From the NCBI GenBank assembly GCA_902518985.1, contig CABYIF010000001.1, positions 8,814 to 72,813 on the forward strand: a stretch of 64,000 nt of DNA, given 5' to 3'. Positions 10,168-21,035 of the stretch are shown here, one piece after another. This DNA is from an uncultured Alphaproteobacteria bacterium (GTDB lineage: Bacteria; Pseudomonadota; Alphaproteobacteria; HIMB59; GCA-002718135). How positions within the stretch are numbered: position 1 is the stretch's first letter; each line of letters opens with the position of its first letter. Position numbers and translations under genes: made by a program. The notes under the pieces were generated by a model. The model was not told the DNA's origin. It searched no databases and saw only the letters and a program-made list of their open reading frames with translations.

Positions 10168-10605
10168 ATGAATGAAAACATAACTCCGTATCAAAGTTGC
10201 TCAAAATCTGTGTTTCTTATATTAGGAATAATACTTATGGGATGGAGCGCTCTATTCTCAATATTTCTAATCAGCCAAGGTGCGTGGCCTGTTTCAATTT
10301 TTTTAGGTGTTGAGTATTTACTGATTGTTTATTTAATTAAATTATATTTCAGAGAAAAAAATATTAAAGACGAAATTAGTATTAATGAGAAAGAGATTTC
10401 TATTAAAAAATTTAAAGGTGATAAATTATTAAATTCATCAACCTTTAATACTTATTGGTCAAAAATTTTTTTCACTAAACATAAAAATCAGTCAAAACTT
10501 TCTATAAGGGAATCAAATAAAGAAACTGAGGTGGCATCTTTCTTACATGCTGATCTTAAAGAGAGTTTGTATTTGAGAATCAAAAGACAACTAACTTACT
10601 ATTAA
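10168..10605 (+). CDS. DUF2244-like two-helix membrane protein
   Basis: 145 aa. Two TM helices around the pattern GAWPV..F.G.E.LL..Y......R, followed by a soluble tail, as remembered for alphaproteobacterial DUF2244 proteins. Confidence 0.5.
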   Translation: MNENITPYQSCSKSVFLILGIILMGWSALFSIFLISQGAWPVSIFLGVEYLLIVYLIKLYFREKNIKDEISINEKEISIKKFKGDKLLNSSTFNTYWSKIFFTKHKNQSKLSIRESNKETEVASFLHADLKESLYLRIKRQLTYY

Positions 10606-10612
10606 GTAAATA

Positions 10613-11416
10613 TTAAAATAAAAGATCGTTCATATTAAAGAAACCATTTTTCTTTTTTGAAATAAAAATAGCTGCTTCAATGGCTCCATCTACAAAAATT
10701 GATCTATTGTTAGCTTTGTGAACTAGATCAACCCTATCGTTAGTACCTATAAAGCTGACTGTATGTTCACCAGCAATCTCACCACCTCTCGTAACAGAAA
10801 AACCAATATCACCTTTTTTTCTAGATATTAGTTTTTTTGTTCGATCTAAAACTTTTGATTTATTTAATTTAGTTTTTCTTCCCTCAGCAGCATATTCACC
10901 TAAAGATAATGCTGTTCCTGAAGGTGCATCTTTTTTATGTTTGTGATGTGTTTCAGCAATTTCGATATCATAATCAGTATCTTTTAAAGCTGATGCAGTT
11001 TGTTGTACTAAATTAAACAATAAATTGACCCCTAAACTCATGTTGGAGGACATAAGTATTGGAATTTTTTTAGAATAATTTTTTACTTTCTTTTTTTGGG
11101 CATCTGTCATACCAGTTGTTCCTATAACGATAGCTGTTTTGTTCATTGATGCAATTTTTAGATTATCTAAAGTGGACTCAGGTGTTGTAAAGTCAATTAC
11201 GACATTTGCTTCTTTAATTAATTGATCTGAATTAGCAGTTACCAGTTTTGAAGAATTTATACCCAAAACTTTATTTAGTGTTTTGTTTATATCTCTATGT
11301 TTTTTGTGTTCAAAACCTCCTACAAATTCTAAATTTTTATTTTGTAAAATTTGTTTAGAGATTTCCTGACCCATTCGGCCAAGACAACCCGCAACTGCTA
11401 TTTTAATTTTTGTCAT
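10613..11416 (-). CDS. dapB: 4-hydroxy-tetrahydrodipicolinate reductase
   Basis: 267 aa. N-terminal NAD(P) fold IAVAGCLGRMG and signature E.HH..K.DAPSGTA (IAETHHKHKKDAPSGTA). Confidence 0.92.
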   Translation of the reverse strand: MTKIKIAVAGCLGRMGQEISKQILQNKNLEFVGGFEHKKHRDINKTLNKVLGINSSKLVTANSDQLIKEANVVIDFTTPESTLDNLKIASMNKTAIVIGTTGMTDAQKKKVKNYSKKIPILMSSNMSLGVNLLFNLVQQTASALKDTDYDIEIAETHHKHKKDAPSGTALSLGEYAAEGRKTKLNKSKVLDRTKKLISRKKGDIGFSVTRGGEIAGEHTVSFIGTNDRVDLVHKANNRSIFVDGAIEAAIFISKKKNGFFNMNDLLF

Positions 11417-11457
11417 AAAAACTTCTTATACTTTGGTGATTGTAAGTTGAAAAGAAA

Positions 11458-12591
11458 TTAAGTTAAATCTTCCCAGACTTCTTTTAATTTTGAGAAAAAA
11501 CCTTGAGATTTTGGACTATGTTTCTTTGAGGTGCCGCCTTCATTTTCAAACTCTCTTAGAATATCTTTTTGTTTGCTAGTTAGGTTTACTGGTATTTCAA
11601 CACTAGCCTGAACGTACATATCGCCTCTTCTGCTTTGTCGAAGTATACTCATTCCTTTACCACGTAGTCTAAATTGAGTTTCAGATTGTGTTCCTGACGG
11701 GATATTAAGTCTAGCTTTTTTTCCTTCTATTGTTGGTACTTCTATTTCGCCACCTAAAATAGCGGTAGTGATTGAAATTGGTATTTCACAAAATAGATTT
11801 TCTTCTTCTCTTTCAAAGAGTTTGTCTTTTTGAACTTCAACAAAAATATATAGATCTCCATTACCTGCACCTCTTTCACCAGGCTCTCCTTCACCAGATA
11901 TTCGAATTCTTGTGCCTGTATCAACACCGGCTGGAATTGTAACAGAAATTGTTTTTTGTTTTTTTATATTTCCTGTTCCCGAGCATTTAAGACATGGGTT
12001 TTTTATACTTGATCCTTCACCACCGCATGTAGGGCATGGTCTTTCAATTGAAAAAAAGCCTTGTTGTGATCTAACCTTACCGGCACCTCCACAAGTGGAA
12101 CAAGTACTTGGCCCAGATTTATCTGCACTTCCTGTAGCTGCACAAGTATCACAACCGACATAAGTTGGTATTCTTATTTGTGGTTTCTTTCCAGTAAAAG
12201 CTTCGAATAGTGAAACAGACATATTATAACGAAGATCGCTTCCTCTCTGAGGGCCTCTTCTTCTTGATGATTGTCCTCCGAAACCTCCACCAAAAAATTC
12301 TTCAAAAATATCAGAAAAACCGCCTGCAAAATCTCCAAACCCTTGCGCTCCACCCATTCCACCTTGTTTAAAAGCATCATGTCCATATTGATCGTAAGCT
12401 GATCTTTTTTCTGAGTCTTTTAAAATCTCATAAGCTGCGGCAGCTTCTTTAAATTTTCTTTCTGCAGTTTTATCATCCTTGTTACGATCAGGATGATATT
12501 TCATGGCTTGTTTTCTATAAGCTTTTTTTATTTCATCTTCACTGGCGTTTCGTTGAACGCCTAGTATCTCATAGAAATCTTTTTCAGCCAC
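11458..12591 (-). CDS. dnaJ: chaperone DnaJ
   Basis: J domain with HPD (KYHPDRN), a G/F-rich linker and four CxxCxGxG zinc-finger repeats. Confidence 0.96.
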   Translation of the reverse strand: MAEKDFYEILGVQRNASEDEIKKAYRKQAMKYHPDRNKDDKTAERKFKEAAAAYEILKDSEKRSAYDQYGHDAFKQGGMGGAQGFGDFAGGFSDIFEEFFGGGFGGQSSRRRGPQRGSDLRYNMSVSLFEAFTGKKPQIRIPTYVGCDTCAATGSADKSGPSTCSTCGGAGKVRSQQGFFSIERPCPTCGGEGSSIKNPCLKCSGTGNIKKQKTISVTIPAGVDTGTRIRISGEGEPGERGAGNGDLYIFVEVQKDKLFEREEENLFCEIPISITTAILGGEIEVPTIEGKKARLNIPSGTQSETQFRLRGKGMSILRQSRRGDMYVQASVEIPVNLTSKQKDILREFENEGGTSKKHSPKSQGFFSKLKEVWEDLT

Positions 12592-12620
12592 ATCTCCTCC
12601 TTTTAAAAAATTATGGAGCG

Positions 12621-14543
12621 TTAATCTTTTTTATCTTCGTCTACTTCTTCAAATTCAGCATCAACAACCTTCTCATCTTTAGTATTATCAGCTGATGGTT
12701 CAGCGCCAGATGGATCAGGTTGTGGACCAGCACCTTGGGGGTTTTGTTTATAAATGGCTTCACCCATTTTTAAAGATGATTGAACAAGTGCTTCTGTTTT
12801 AGATTTTATAGCTTCTAAATCGTCGCCATCTTTTACTTTCTTGAGCTCTTCAATATCTTCTGTAATTTTATTTTTATCAGCTTCAGGAATTTTATCTCCA
12901 TGTTCTTTTAAGTTCTTTTCAGTTTCATTAATTAAACTATCAGCGTGATTTCTGGTATCAACAGCCTCTCTTTTCTTCTTATCGGCCTCAGCATTTTCTT
13001 CTGCTTCTTTAACCATTTTTTCAATTTCTTCATCTGATAATCCACCAGAAGCCTGGATCTTGATTTGTTGTTCTTTACCAGTTGATTTATCTTTAGCCGA
13101 AACATTTACAATACCGTTTGCATCGATATCAAAAGTTACTTCAATTTGTGGCATTCCTCTTGCAGCAGGCGGGATGCCTACCAAGTCGAACTGACCAAGT
13201 AATTTGTTGTCAGCTGCCATTTCTCTTTCACCTTGAAAAACTCTAATGGTTACTGCACTTTGATTATCTTCAGCTGTTGAAAATACCTGGCTTTTCTTTG
13301 TTGGAATAGTTGTGTTTTTATCAATAAGTTTAGTGAATACGCCACCAAGTGTTTCGATTCCAAGTGATAATGGCGTAACATCAAGTAGTAGTACATCCTT
13401 AACATCACCTTGTAATACTCCTGCTTGTATAGCAGCTCCAGATGCAACAACTTCATCAGGGTTAACACCTTTGTTTGGATCTTTACCAAAAAAGTTTTTT
13501 ACAATTTCATTTACTTTAGGCATTCTTGTCATACCACCAACTAAAATAACATCGTCAATCTCTGCTGCTTGAAGACCTGCATCTTTTAGTGCCATCTCAC
13601 AAGGTTTTAAACTTTGATTTAAAAGCTCACCAACAATTGCTTCTAGTTTTGCTCTTGATAACTTTATTGTAAGATGCTTTGGTCCTGATTGATCTGCAGT
13701 TATAAATGGGAGGTTTACCTCTGTCTCTGTTGAGCTAGATAATTCAATTTTTGCTTTTTCTGCGGCCTCTTTTAATCTTTGTAGAGCGAGTTTGTCTGAT
13801 CTTAAATCTATACCATTATCCTTTTTAAATTCATCGGCAAGGTAATCTATAATTTTTAAATCAAAATCTTCACCACCTAAATGTGTATCACCGTTTGTAG
13901 ACTTTACTTCAAAAACTCCGTCTCCAATTTCTAAAATAGATATATCAAAAGTACCTCCACCTAAATCGTATACAGCTACGGTGCCTGTTTTCTTTTTATC
14001 TAATCCGTATGCAAGAGCTGCTGCCGTAGGTTCATTAATTATTCTAAGTACTTCTAAGCCAGCAATTTTTCCAGCATCTTTAGTTGCCTGTCTTTGGGCA
14101 TCATTGAAATAAGCAGGTACTGTTATGACTGCTTGAGTTACGTTTTCATTAAGATATGACTCAGCAGTTTCTTTCATCTTTTGAAGGATGAAGGCGCTAA
14201 CTTGACTTGGGCTATATTTTTCACCCCTTGACTCTACCCATGCATCACCATTATCACCTTTAACAATTTTGTATGGAACAAAGCCACTATCAGATTTTAC
14301 ATTTTGATCCTCATAAGTTCTTCCAATTAACCTTTTTATAGCAAATAAGGTATTCTCTGAATTGGTTACAGCTTGTCTTTTAGCAGATTGACCTACTAAT
14401 TTTTCTTTGGTCTCTGTGAAGGCAACCATGGAAGGTGTTGTTCTTCCTCCTTCAGAATTTTCTATTACTTTTGCCTCTTTGCCATCCATTACTGCAACGC
14501 AAGAGTTGGTAGTACCTAAATCAATACCTATTACTTTCGCCAT
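12621..14543 (-). CDS. dnaK: chaperone DnaK (Hsp70)
   Basis: 640 aa with [33 protein letters not shown] and an acidic C-terminus. Confidence 0.98.
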   Translation of the reverse strand: MAKVIGIDLGTTNSCVAVMDGKEAKVIENSEGGRTTPSMVAFTETKEKLVGQSAKRQAVTNSENTLFAIKRLIGRTYEDQNVKSDSGFVPYKIVKGDNGDAWVESRGEKYSPSQVSAFILQKMKETAESYLNENVTQAVITVPAYFNDAQRQATKDAGKIAGLEVLRIINEPTAAALAYGLDKKKTGTVAVYDLGGGTFDISILEIGDGVFEVKSTNGDTHLGGEDFDLKIIDYLADEFKKDNGIDLRSDKLALQRLKEAAEKAKIELSSSTETEVNLPFITADQSGPKHLTIKLSRAKLEAIVGELLNQSLKPCEMALKDAGLQAAEIDDVILVGGMTRMPKVNEIVKNFFGKDPNKGVNPDEVVASGAAIQAGVLQGDVKDVLLLDVTPLSLGIETLGGVFTKLIDKNTTIPTKKSQVFSTAEDNQSAVTIRVFQGEREMAADNKLLGQFDLVGIPPAARGMPQIEVTFDIDANGIVNVSAKDKSTGKEQQIKIQASGGLSDEEIEKMVKEAEENAEADKKKREAVDTRNHADSLINETEKNLKEHGDKIPEADKNKITEDIEELKKVKDGDDLEAIKSKTEALVQSSLKMGEAIYKQNPQGAGPQPDPSGAEPSADNTKDEKVVDAEFEEVDEDKKD

Positions 14544-14591
14544 TTTAATCCTCTTTAGTTAATTTTTTGCTAATTAATTGTAGCTACAATG

Positions 14592-14621
14592 AATATGGGA
14601 AAAAACTTTAAAAATACAAGG
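14592..14621 (-). promoter_or_regulatory. candidate sigma-32 (RpoH) heat-shock promoter for dnaK-dnaJ
   Basis: The minus strand reads cCTTGTAtttttaaagtttttTCCCATATtc. This fits CTTGAA-N13-15-CCCCATNT geometry. It lies about 48 nt upstream of the dnaK ATG. Confidence 0.4.
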
Positions 14622-14703
14622 ATTGTCCTAATATATATTTTAAATAATTATATTTTCTGCCGTTTTTTTTTATATTTTATTTATTTTTAGCTTCAAAGGG
14701 AGA

Positions 14704-15336
14704 TTAATTATCTCCCTCTTCACTTTTAGAGTCTTCTTTATTTTCTTTTGCTTTTTTTGAAACACCCACCATTGCTGCACGCAATAGACGGTCATACATT
14801 GTGTATCCTGATTGTACTTCTTGGACAACAATTCCCTCATCAATATCATTTTTTTCAACTTCCATCATTGCTTGATGAAAATTATGATCAAACTTTTTAT
14901 TAACAGTTTCTATTTTTTTGACACCATGTTTCTCAAGAATATTTTTGAATTCCTTAAGTACCATTTTAAGTCCATCAATTAAATTTTTTATATTTTGTGA
15001 GTAATCTTCTTCATCTGGCAATGCATCTAAAGCGCGTTCTAAGTTATCTGCTGGTGAAAGAACATCTCTTGCAAGATTAATACTGCCAAATTTTATTGTT
15101 TCAATTTTTTCTCTTTCAAAACGTTTTCGAAGGTTTTCCATTTCTGCCAATAGTCTTATTTTTTCTTCTTTTAGTGATTCTATTTCTTTTAAAAGGTTTT
15201 CGCTTTCATTATCATCTTCAGAAATTTCATTTTTTATATCTGCGTCAGAACTTTCTTCAACTTCGTTATTGTTGTTATGATCATTATTATCCAGGTCCTC
15301 TGGATTAGAATTTTGTTTTTCTTCTTTTTGATCCAT
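14704..15336 (-). CDS. grpE: nucleotide exchange factor GrpE
   Basis: 210 aa. Acidic N-terminus, long coiled helix (LKEEKIRLLAEMENLRKR) and a C-terminal GrpE beta-domain. It follows hrcA with a 1-nt overlap. Confidence 0.92.
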   Translation of the reverse strand: MDQKEEKQNSNPEDLDNNDHNNNNEVEESSDADIKNEISEDDNESENLLKEIESLKEEKIRLLAEMENLRKRFEREKIETIKFGSINLARDVLSPADNLERALDALPDEEDYSQNIKNLIDGLKMVLKEFKNILEKHGVKKIETVNKKFDHNFHQAMMEVEKNDIDEGIVVQEVQSGYTMYDRLLRAAMVGVSKKAKENKEDSKSEEGDN

Positions 15337-16382
15337 TATTCAATTACCTTTCCAATAATTTTTGATGTATAATCAACCAGCGGAACTATTTTAGAATAAT
15401 TGAGTCTTGTTGGCCCAACAACTCCTATGGCACCGATTATTTCCTGGTCATTATTTTTATATGGGGCCATTACCATAGAAAGACCAGAGTGTTTAAATAA
15501 AAAATTTTTAGAACCTATAAATATCTGAACTCCTTTAGCTTTTCCTGCTATTTCTAAAATTTCAACGAAACTTGATTTTTTTTCGATATCATCAAAGAGA
15601 TTACGAATTTGATCAAGATCTTTAGATATAATTTCATCTTTCAATAAATTAGACTGACCATGAAGAAATATGTAAGGATTCTTTACATTTGGTGGGGTTT
15701 CAATAATACCTTTTTGCATTAATTTTGATGAAATTAGCTCTAGTTGACTCTGAGATTTTTTAATGTCTGTTTGAATAACTCTTTTAATTTGAGAAATATT
15801 TTTGTTATTAAATTTTGAAGTAAGATAATTTGAAGTTTGAAGTAATAGAGAATTGTTGTATCTGCCATTATCTTCGATTATACGGTTTTCAACCTCTCCA
15901 TTTTCATAAGCTAAAATTAGCATAAGTTGTGTTTCGTTTAATCTTATAAACTCTAAGTGCTTTAGATTTTTTTGGAACTTAGGCGCTATAACTATACCAG
16001 CATAGTTTGACAAACCAGATATTGCTCTAGAAGCAACATCTAAAGCTTCTTCATAGGACTTACCTTTGTTTGAACACTTTTGTTTTATATTTTCTTTATC
16101 TGTTTTAGAAATTCTGCCAAACTCTAACAAACCATCAACGAAAAACCTCATGCCCCTTTCTGTTGGCATTCTGCCAGCTGATCTATGTGGTGCAAATAGA
16201 AGCCCTTCTTTTTGCAAGTCTGAGAGTATTGATCTGATTGAAGCTGATGAAAGATTAAGACCTCCCATTTTCATCAGAGTTTCAGAGCCTGCAGGAGAGC
16301 CTGTTTCTAAATATGATTCAACTAATTTTTTAAAAATTAGTTTAGATCTGTCGTTTAAATCTGAATATAAATTATCAACCAT
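15336..16382 (-). CDS. hrcA: heat-inducible transcription repressor HrcA
   Basis: 348 aa. N-terminal winged helix (GSPAGSETL...SSASIRS.L..L...GLL..PH.SAGR.PT..G) and hrcA-grpE synteny. Confidence 0.9.
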   Translation of the reverse strand: MVDNLYSDLNDRSKLIFKKLVESYLETGSPAGSETLMKMGGLNLSSASIRSILSDLQKEGLLFAPHRSAGRMPTERGMRFFVDGLLEFGRISKTDKENIKQKCSNKGKSYEEALDVASRAISGLSNYAGIVIAPKFQKNLKHLEFIRLNETQLMLILAYENGEVENRIIEDNGRYNNSLLLQTSNYLTSKFNNKNISQIKRVIQTDIKKSQSQLELISSKLMQKGIIETPPNVKNPYIFLHGQSNLLKDEIISKDLDQIRNLFDDIEKKSSFVEILEIAGKAKGVQIFIGSKNFLFKHSGLSMVMAPYKNNDQEIIGAIGVVGPTRLNYSKIVPLVDYTSKIIGKVIE

Positions 16383-16431
16383 AGCAGTTTATTGTTTAAA
16401 ATAATTTTTTATCTACTATTATTAAATTTAA

Positions 16432-17151
16432 ATGAGAAAAGATAGAGCGTTCAATCAAATGAGAGAAATTTCATTTGAAAAAAATGTGAGCATTCATGCA
16501 GACGGATCATGTTTAGTAAAATTTGGAAATACTCACGTGATATGTCTTGCAACAATTGATGAAAAAGTACCCCATTGGTTAAAAAATACAGGTAAGGGAT
16601 GGGTTACAGCTGAGTATGGGATGCTACCAAGATCCACAAATAGCCGAATGGACAGAGAGGCTGCTAAAGGAAAACAGTCGGGCAGAACACAAGAAATACA
16701 GAGATTAATTGGAAGGAGTTTAAGATCAATAGTGGACCTTTCTAATCTTGGAGAAAGACAAATAAAAATAGATTGTGATGTTATTCAAGCCGATGGTGGA
16801 ACCAGAACAGCATCTATAAGTGGTGGATTTGTAGCTCTTTACCTTGCAATAGATAAACTAAAGAACAATTACAACTTAAAAAAACCAATAATAAAAAACT
16901 ATATTGGTGCAGTTTCAGCTGGAATTATAGATGACAAGCCACTGCTGGATTTAGATTATAATGAAGACTCCAATGCACAAGTTGACGCTAATTTTGTAAT
17001 ATGTGACTCAGGAGATATTTCTGAGATACAAGTCACAGGAGAGGAATTTTTTTTTAGTGACAACCAGTTTAATGAAATATTTAGTTTAGCAAAAAAAGGT
17101 ATACAAGAAATAGTTGAAATTCAAAAAAAGGCTTTAATAAAAATTGGCTAA
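16432..17151 (+). CDS. rph: ribonuclease PH
   Basis: 239 aa with [14 protein letters not shown] and [19 protein letters not shown], the RNase PH phosphate-binding region. Confidence 0.94.
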   Translation: MRKDRAFNQMREISFEKNVSIHADGSCLVKFGNTHVICLATIDEKVPHWLKNTGKGWVTAEYGMLPRSTNSRMDREAAKGKQSGRTQEIQRLIGRSLRSIVDLSNLGERQIKIDCDVIQADGGTRTASISGGFVALYLAIDKLKNNYNLKKPIIKNYIGAVSAGIIDDKPLLDLDYNEDSNAQVDANFVICDSGDISEIQVTGEEFFFSDNQFNEIFSLAKKGIQEIVEIQKKALIKIG

Positions 17152-17725
17152 AATATTATTTTACTCAAATAATAATAACAAATTTGATGAAGTAAAAAGT
17201 CTTTTTAAATATTTGCCAGTTAAAATTTTACGCCCTAAAGATTTTGGAATTGATTATGAGCCTAGAGAAAATGGCGCTTCTTTTGCAGAAAATGCAAAAA
17301 TTAAATCTTTATATGGTTTTCAAAATATCAAAATACCCTGTTTCGCAGATGACTCAGGAATTTGTATTGAGGCCCTTGGTTGGAAACCTCATACACATTC
17401 AAAGAGATTTATCGAAAGTTTTAATAATAAAGTTGCTTGTTTTAAGTACATTCTTAATAAAGTAGAAAAAAGTGGTAAAAACAAAGCTTTTTTTCAAACG
17501 TCAATATGCTTCACAACAAAAGAGAATTATCACGTTGTATTTGAGGGTGTAATACAGGGTAAAATTTCAAAAAAAATATTGGGAGAAAATGGCTTTGGTT
17601 TTGATCCTATATTTATACCTAATGGCAGCAAAAAAACCTTTGGTCAGCTTAATAAAAATAAAAAAAATATACTAAGTCATAGATCTATTGCTGTACAAAA
17701 ATTAGTTAATTTTTTATCTAATTAA
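17144..17725 (+). CDS. rdgB: non-canonical purine NTP pyrophosphatase (Ham1/RdgB family)
   Basis: 193 aa with [12 protein letters not shown] and SHR..A motifs. rph-rdgB synteny with an 8-nt overlap. Confidence 0.85.
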   Translation: MAKILFYSNNNNKFDEVKSLFKYLPVKILRPKDFGIDYEPRENGASFAENAKIKSLYGFQNIKIPCFADDSGICIEALGWKPHTHSKRFIESFNNKVACFKYILNKVEKSGKNKAFFQTSICFTTKENYHVVFEGVIQGKISKKILGENGFGFDPIFIPNGSKKTFGQLNKNKKNILSHRSIAVQKLVNFLSN

Positions 17726-19046
17726 TTTTTTTCGCTGAACCATTTGAAATTTGTAAAATATTTAAGTTTCTCTCTACCATATTATTTTCGAAGTAAAATT
17801 CACCATCAATGCCATCAAACTTTACTTTAGAGTTATTCAAAAGTTTAATTAATTCTGTTAATGTCATTTCTTTTAAAAATACGAAATTTAGCAAGCCCAC
17901 TATATCAAATGGAAGGGTCGATATTCTCAGTAATTTCTCATCATATACCTGTTGGTATTGATTTACTAAATTTATTCTTTTATTTTTTTCAATACCAGGA
18001 AATATCGAACCTTGCAAAGAGGGCTCGTGAAAAAAATTTTCATCATCTAAAACTCCAGTTCCAATAAATTGCACAACATCGGGATCAATATCATAATAAG
18101 GAAGAAGTGGGGCGACTTGTAATAAGTTTAAACCATAGTCAGCTATTAAAACATGTGTAAAATCATAATCACTAGTTGTCTTAAATTTTTTGAGTTTTTC
18201 AAGCCTTGCCTTTGATTTATCATCTTGCTTAGAGTTTAATATTTTTTTTTGTCTTTCTAGTTCATACTTTCTTAATTCATATTTTCCCAATTCTTTAATT
18301 GCATCTCTTACATTGGACAGGTCATTTTTATAAGATGACCTATTTATAATTATCGCATTACTGTCATTTGCAACATCATCAATAAGTGCGTTTATCATAT
18401 AGCCATAATTATTCTCAGGATAAAGCAGTGCAACTCTTGAGTCTTTTTCCAAATAATTAAATAGCTGTTGTAACTCATTCTTTGGAAAAAAATTCATTAA
18501 ATAAACACAATCTTTCGCTAGAGTTTCATTAGAAGAAAATGAGAAAATTATAATTTTATCATCACAATAATTATTTACAATCTTGGTATAATTGCTTTCA
18601 ATAGGTCCTATATAAATTTTTCCATTCTTTTTTGTTTTAAGCAAAATATTTTCTAACTCATTCGTATTTTCAAAAAATTCAATTTCAAATATAACATTTT
18701 TTAAACCCTTATTAAAAACTGCAAGTTCCAAAATATTAATGAATTGATTAGCATAATCATTTGTATTTTTTGATGATAACAAAAGTGTAATGTTTTTTTG
18801 CAACGGAACATTTTGATTGTCTTCGATTTTTTTTATATTTTTATTTTTTTCACTTATGTTTAAAGGCTGGTTTTCCTTAACAAGTACTTCTTTTTTAGAT
18901 GATTGATTGTCATTTTTTTGTTGTTCCGATTTTGTTGATAAATTCATTGGAGTACAAGAAATTAAAAGTATAAATAGAATACTAATGAAAAATAATGATT
19001 TTGGCTTATTTATAGTTGCAACACCAATTGGAAATTTAAAGGACAT
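17718..19046 (-). CDS. LpoA-like lipoprotein (type-1 periplasmic-binding-fold, penicillin-binding-protein activator family)
   Basis: Lipoprotein signal ...SLFFISILFILLISC, then a Leu/Ile/Val-binding-like fold. It is divergent from rsmI as in E. coli yraM/yraL. The track ORF starts at 19139. The first plausible start is Met32 at 19046, or possibly an ATA at 19013. Either start overlaps the rsmI 5' end. Confidence 0.55.
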   Translation of the reverse strand: MSFKFPIGVATINKPKSLFFISILFILLISCTPMNLSTKSEQQKNDNQSSKKEVLVKENQPLNISEKNKNIKKIEDNQNVPLQKNITLLLSSKNTNDYANQFINILELAVFNKGLKNVIFEIEFFENTNELENILLKTKKNGKIYIGPIESNYTKIVNNYCDDKIIIFSFSSNETLAKDCVYLMNFFPKNELQQLFNYLEKDSRVALLYPENNYGYMINALIDDVANDSNAIIINRSSYKNDLSNVRDAIKELGKYELRKYELERQKKILNSKQDDKSKARLEKLKKFKTTSDYDFTHVLIADYGLNLLQVAPLLPYYDIDPDVVQFIGTGVLDDENFFHEPSLQGSIFPGIEKNKRINLVNQYQQVYDEKLLRISTLPFDIVGLLNFVFLKEMTLTELIKLLNNSKVKFDGIDGEFYFENNMVERNLNILQISNGSAKKIN

Positions 19047-19830
19047 TTCTGAAAGAGCTATTGACACTATAAGTGATGCAGATCTGATTATTTGCGAAAA
19101 TCCAAAACATTCGCTTAAGTTACTAAATAAATTAGGCATTAAAAAGAAGTTAATTTCATTACATGATTATAATGAAAATATGGTTATAGAAAGAGTATCA
19201 TTAGACTTAAATCAGAAAAAAATTGCTCTAATTTCTGACGCGGGGTCTCCATTAATTTCTGACCCGGGTTTTAAGTTAGTTCAGCATTGTATTAAAAATG
19301 CTGTAAAAATTACCTCAATTCCAGGATCTAGTTCTCTTCTGCCTGCACTACAATTGTCGGGCTTACCTATAAATCAGTTTTATTTTGCAGGTTTTTTTCC
19401 AAAAACAAAAAGTCAAATGTTAGATTTTTTTAAAGATATTAAGAATATTAATAAAACATCAGTGTTTTTTGTATCTAGTCATAAAATACAAAAATGCTTA
19501 GAACTTATAGAGGCTGAGTTTGCCAATAATTTAATTAGTGTTTCAAAAGAACTCACAAAATTAAATGAAAAAGTATTTTACGGACTTGGTAAAGATTTAA
19601 AATCCATTATTTTAAAAGAGAAAAGCAACTTAAAAGGTGAGTTCGTTATAGTTGTTGAAGGAAATTCCTTAAAAAAAACACAAACCAATAATTTAGAAGA
19701 TTTTAATTATCTAATTAATAAACTACTTAAAAAATTTTCTTTGACCGACGTCGTTGAAATAGTACATAAATTAACAAATATAAAAAAAAATACAGTATAT
19801 AAATGGGTTCTAAATTTAAAGAAATCTTAA
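18985..19830 (+). CDS. rsmI: 16S rRNA (cytidine1402-2'-O)-methyltransferase
   Basis: Tetrapyrrole-methylase fold with LFIVATPIGNLKDIS and DAGSPLISDPGF. I use Met27 of the track ORF (MKNNDFGLFIVATPIGN), which matches usual RsmI N-termini. Confidence 0.85.
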   Translation: MKNNDFGLFIVATPIGNLKDISERAIDTISDADLIICENPKHSLKLLNKLGIKKKLISLHDYNENMVIERVSLDLNQKKIALISDAGSPLISDPGFKLVQHCIKNAVKITSIPGSSSLLPALQLSGLPINQFYFAGFFPKTKSQMLDFFKDIKNINKTSVFFVSSHKIQKCLELIEAEFANNLISVSKELTKLNEKVFYGLGKDLKSIILKEKSNLKGEFVIVVEGNSLKKTQTNNLEDFNYLINKLLKKFSLTDVVEIVHKLTNIKKNTVYKWVLNLKKS

Positions 19831-20405
19831 AACTATCTGCAAGCTTAACAATATTAATTCTTTTGTTATTTTCTTATAGTTGTTCGCCGACAGGAATGTT
19901 GGCGACGGGTGGAAGCACTGCAATGGTTGTTGCTGAAGGTGATAGATCATTTGGAACTGTAGTCGATGATGCTACAATTAAAGTAAATATAGCTGCAAAA
20001 TTTTTAAACGCAGGAAACAATCTCTTTGTTGATATTAATACTACAGTTTTGGAGGGAAGAGTTTTGTTAACTGGTTTAGTTGATAATCAAGAAGTTAGAA
20101 TTGATGCTGTTAGGTTGGTTTGGGAAATAGAGGGAATTGCGGAAGTTGTTAATGAAATTGAAGTTGGTAATAGAGAGTCTATAAAAGATTATGCAAATGA
20201 CCTTTGGATAAACACTCAAGCACGAGGTGTGGCAGCAAAAACAATTGGTTTGAGATCTGTTGCTTACAACTTTGAAACTATTAATGGTAAAGTGTATATA
20301 GCGGGTATTACTTCTAAACCAGAACAGCTAGATACTTTAATTGATGGTTTAAAAACAATTAAAGGTGTTAAGGAAATTATAAACTACGTAATTGTAAAAG
20401 AATAA
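19803..20405 (+). CDS. BON-domain lipoprotein (OsmY/YraP-like)
   Basis: 200 aa with lipobox LFSYSC and two BON-like repeats (V..G.V.LTG.V......, ..NGKVYIAGI......). Synteny with rsmI/lpoA-like. Confidence 0.7.
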   Translation: MGSKFKEILKLSASLTILILLLFSYSCSPTGMLATGGSTAMVVAEGDRSFGTVVDDATIKVNIAAKFLNAGNNLFVDINTTVLEGRVLLTGLVDNQEVRIDAVRLVWEIEGIAEVVNEIEVGNRESIKDYANDLWINTQARGVAAKTIGLRSVAYNFETINGKVYIAGITSKPEQLDTLIDGLKTIKGVKEIINYVIVKE

Positions 20406-20756
20406 TTAATTTAAACGACCAATCTTCTCTCCGCCTAAGATATGTACATGAAAATGAGGTACTTCTTGACCCCCATCCTTTCCTGAATTTGATATGATTC
20501 TAAATCCAGATTCATTAAGGTCTAGTTTATCAATAACTAAATTAACACTTTTGAAAAAAGATGAAATTATTTTTGGATCTGACTTTTTTATAAAGTCAGT
20601 TAAGTCAATACATGAAACCTTTGGGATCCCTAGTACATGAATTTTTGCTTGAGGATTAATATCATAAAAAAATAAAGAGTGTTCATTCTCATAAACCTTT
20701 TTACATGGAATTTCCTTTCTCAATATTTTAGCAAATATATTATTGTTATCGTACAT
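20406..20756 (-). CDS. HIT-family (histidine triad) hydrolase
   Basis: 116 aa with the histidine triad HFHVHILGG. Confidence 0.88.
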   Translation of the reverse strand: MYDNNNIFAKILRKEIPCKKVYENEHSLFFYDINPQAKIHVLGIPKVSCIDLTDFIKKSDPKIISSFFKSVNLVIDKLDLNESGFRIISNSGKDGGQEVPHFHVHILGGEKIGRLN

Positions 20757-21033
20757 TTTTCTGACGCTTTGAAAGTTCTTTTTTTATATCATTCAAATTT
20801 ATTCTTTTAGATTTAAGAAGAACAAATAAATGATAAATTACATCTGATGCCTCTTCTATAGTTCTTTTTTTTGATCCTTTTAAATAATCTATAATAAGCT
20901 CATTAGCTTCTTCTCCAAATTTTTGAGCAATTTTTTTTGAGCCTTGTTTAAGAAGTTTTTTTGTATATGAACTACTTTTGTTACCAAGTTTTGATCTTTC
21001 GTCTATTATTTTAAATAAGTTTTCAATGTCCAT
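20746..21033 (-). CDS. hisE: phosphoribosyl-ATP pyrophosphatase
   Basis: 95 aa. Pattern SYTKKLL..G..KI.QKFGEEA.E.I...........E..D..YHL.VLL. It follows hisF. Confidence 0.85.
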   Translation of the reverse strand: MDIENLFKIIDERSKLGNKSSSYTKKLLKQGSKKIAQKFGEEANELIIDYLKGSKKRTIEEASDVIYHLFVLLKSKRINLNDIKKELSKRQKNVR

Positions 21034-21035
21034 AT

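Noticed and set aside
16383-16431. A CIRCE operator upstream of hrcA, and likewise in 14544-14703 upstream of dnaK.
   Set aside because: No TTAGCACTC-N9-GAGTGCTAA-like inverted repeat is visible in either spacer.
16541-16548. TCACGTGA inside rph as a third parS site.
   Set aside because: Only the 8-bp core matches. The flanks give about 9/16 to the parS consensus.
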